From assembly GCA_965243135.1 (NCBI GenBank), contig OZ251539.1:1824001-1888000 (forward strand): a stretch of DNA of 64,000 nucleotides, read 5' to 3'. Below the pieces are notes generated by a model. It was given only the letters and a program-made list of their open reading frames with translations, searched no databases and was not told the DNA's origin. Below, one piece after another: positions 62,775-64,000 of the stretch (the stretch's first letter is position 1; every line of letters begins with the position of its first letter). This DNA comes from Alphaproteobacteria bacterium. Its GTDB lineage: Bacteria > Pseudomonadota > Alphaproteobacteria > MPNO01 > UBA830. The translations under genes and the position numbers were made by a program.

Positions 62775-63057
62775 AGCCGACAGCCGTCCGGACGATCAAC
62801 GCGGGCCGTGCCGAAACGCTCCCGAAACCGGGCTTTCTCGCGCGCAATGAAGCCGTTCCCGTGACATGCGGGCGGCCACGGAACGCTCCTTGCCATCGTT
62901 CGCTCCAGACCGCCGCCGCGACGCTGTCCGGCGACCAACGCTCGCCGGGAAGCCAATTCCCGCGCTATCGTCGGCTGCCGCCTCTCGTTCCGTTGCCGTG
63001 AAGTCGCCCTCCAGTCGCTGCGATCCGGATTCCGGGATGCGGCAAGAGCTGCCGCGG

Positions 63058-64000
63058 TCAAGCGGTCTCGAACTCGAACCCGACGATGTTGCGCTCTTCC
63101 CGGCCGAACTCCATGCCGATCAACCGGATCGGCACGCCGAGATGCCGGTACTTGTCCGCGTAGCCGCGCTCCCGCATTTGCGCCAGCGCCCGGCCTTCCG
63201 GCCCCCCGTCCACGACCTTGAACTCGTACAAATGCACGCATCCCGGACTCAGCACGGCCATGTCCAGGCGTCCGTGGGCGGTCGCTTCCTCGACCCGAAC
63301 GTCCAGACCCGCCGCCGCGAAATGCGAGTAGACGAGGGCCGCCCAATAGCCCTCGTAATTCGCGAGCTCGTTCTTCCGGTGCCAGTCGTGAGGAACGCTC
63401 GCGAAGAACGCCTCGAACAGCGCCCTCACCTTCTCCGGATCGTCCTCCGCCGTCAGCCTGGCCAGTTCCGCCTGCCGCGTCGCCTCCCGTCCCGTCGTCG
63501 GCGCCATCGCGCGCAGCAGCCGTCTGTTCAGACTGAACTTCACCTCGTGGTTCGGGTAATCCAGCCGGTACAGGCTCTCGCCGTCGGCGGCCTCTTCGCC
63601 GACGATGGTCAGGTAGCCGGTCTGGAACAAAAGCGTCTCGATCGATATGTCGTCGACGTCGAAGGTCGACAGCAAGTCGTCGTCCGCGACCATGCTCTCC
63701 AGGGCCGGAGGCGTGACCCGGCACCGCGACAGAAGGTCGACGAGGAAGGTCGGCGTGCCGCTCCGGAACCAGTGCGCCTTGAACTCGCGCGTTTCGAAGA
63801 GAAGGAGGATATCGAACGGGTTGTAGACCCTCTCCGGACCGCGCCAGTTGTAGCCGTTGTACCAGCGCTGGACTTTCTTCCGGTCCAGGCCCTCGAGTTC
63901 CGGGGAGAAGACCGCGTCCAGATCGGCGTCCGTGTAGCCGCAGATGGCGCCGAAATGCGGATCGAGGGTGATGTCGCGCAGGTTGTTCAGGCCCGAGAAG
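63058..64000 (-). CDS. AAA-ATPase with PD-(D/E)XK nuclease, copy 4 (5' part outside window)
   Basis: Frame is open to the window edge (FSGLNNLRDITLDPHFGAICG...); the ORF-track start at 63693 is internal. Confidence 0.9.
   Translation of the reverse strand, partial: FSGLNNLRDITLDPHFGAICGYTDADLDAVFSPELEGLDRKKVQRWYNGYNWRGPERVYNPFDILLLFETREFKAHWFRSGTPTFLVDLLSRCRVTPPALESMVADDDLLSTFDVDDISIETLLFQTGYLTIVGEEAADGESLYRLDYPNHEVKFSLNRRLLRAMAPTTGREATRQAELARLTAEDDPEKVRALFEAFFASVPHDWHRKNELANYEGYWAALVYSHFAAAGLDVRVEEATAHGRLDMAVLSPGCVHLYEFKVVDGGPEGRALAQMRERGYADKYRHLGVPIRLIGMEFGREERNIVGFEFETA

Larger units (their letters stand above)
57430..64000 (-). repeat. Tandem array of ~1.865 kb units (gene plus ~325 bp spacer), at least 3.5 copies
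   Basis: Homologous stops at 57467, 59330, 61192, 63058; starts at 59003, 60868, 62739; spacers nearly identical. Confidence 0.95.

Noticed and set aside
57430-64000. Insertion sequences or integron cassettes as the explanation for the 1.865 kb units
   Set aside because: No transposase, terminal inverted repeats, target duplications or integron integrase seen; all units carry the same gene family.

Overview
GC-rich bacterial DNA, probably from an alphaproteobacterium (alphaproteobacterial-type long dCTP deaminase; degQ-rarA-crcB-RluA-HAD-ATP12 block; lipB-tRNA-Leu-mgtE; Rrf2-led suf operon). A housekeeping core (about 24-46 kb) is flanked by aromatic/heterocycle catabolic clusters: a rearranged 2-aminobenzoyl-CoA (abm-type) cluster; a terephthalate-dioxygenase-like alpha/beta/PdxA-family (TphB-like) cluster with ferredoxin, reductase and cupins; and a Rieske oxygenase operon with two complete tandem alpha subunits linked to an enamidase-like hydrolase. 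Two structures are not explained by ordinary annotation. (1) A roughly 1 kb non-coding array of 41 full units with an exact 23-bp period and 92/184-bp higher-order structure (5498-6480), running into the start codon of an AAA_14+DUF4143 ATPase gene. (2) A head-to-tail array of at least four ~1.865 kb units (57.4 kb to the window end), each an AAA-ATPase/PD-(D/E)XK nuclease gene; the three copies with a visible 5' end have a leaderless-type promoter, and the paralogues differ in a mosaic pattern. No CRISPR array, integrase or transposase was recognised. All family assignments come from motif recognition and memory, not database searches.
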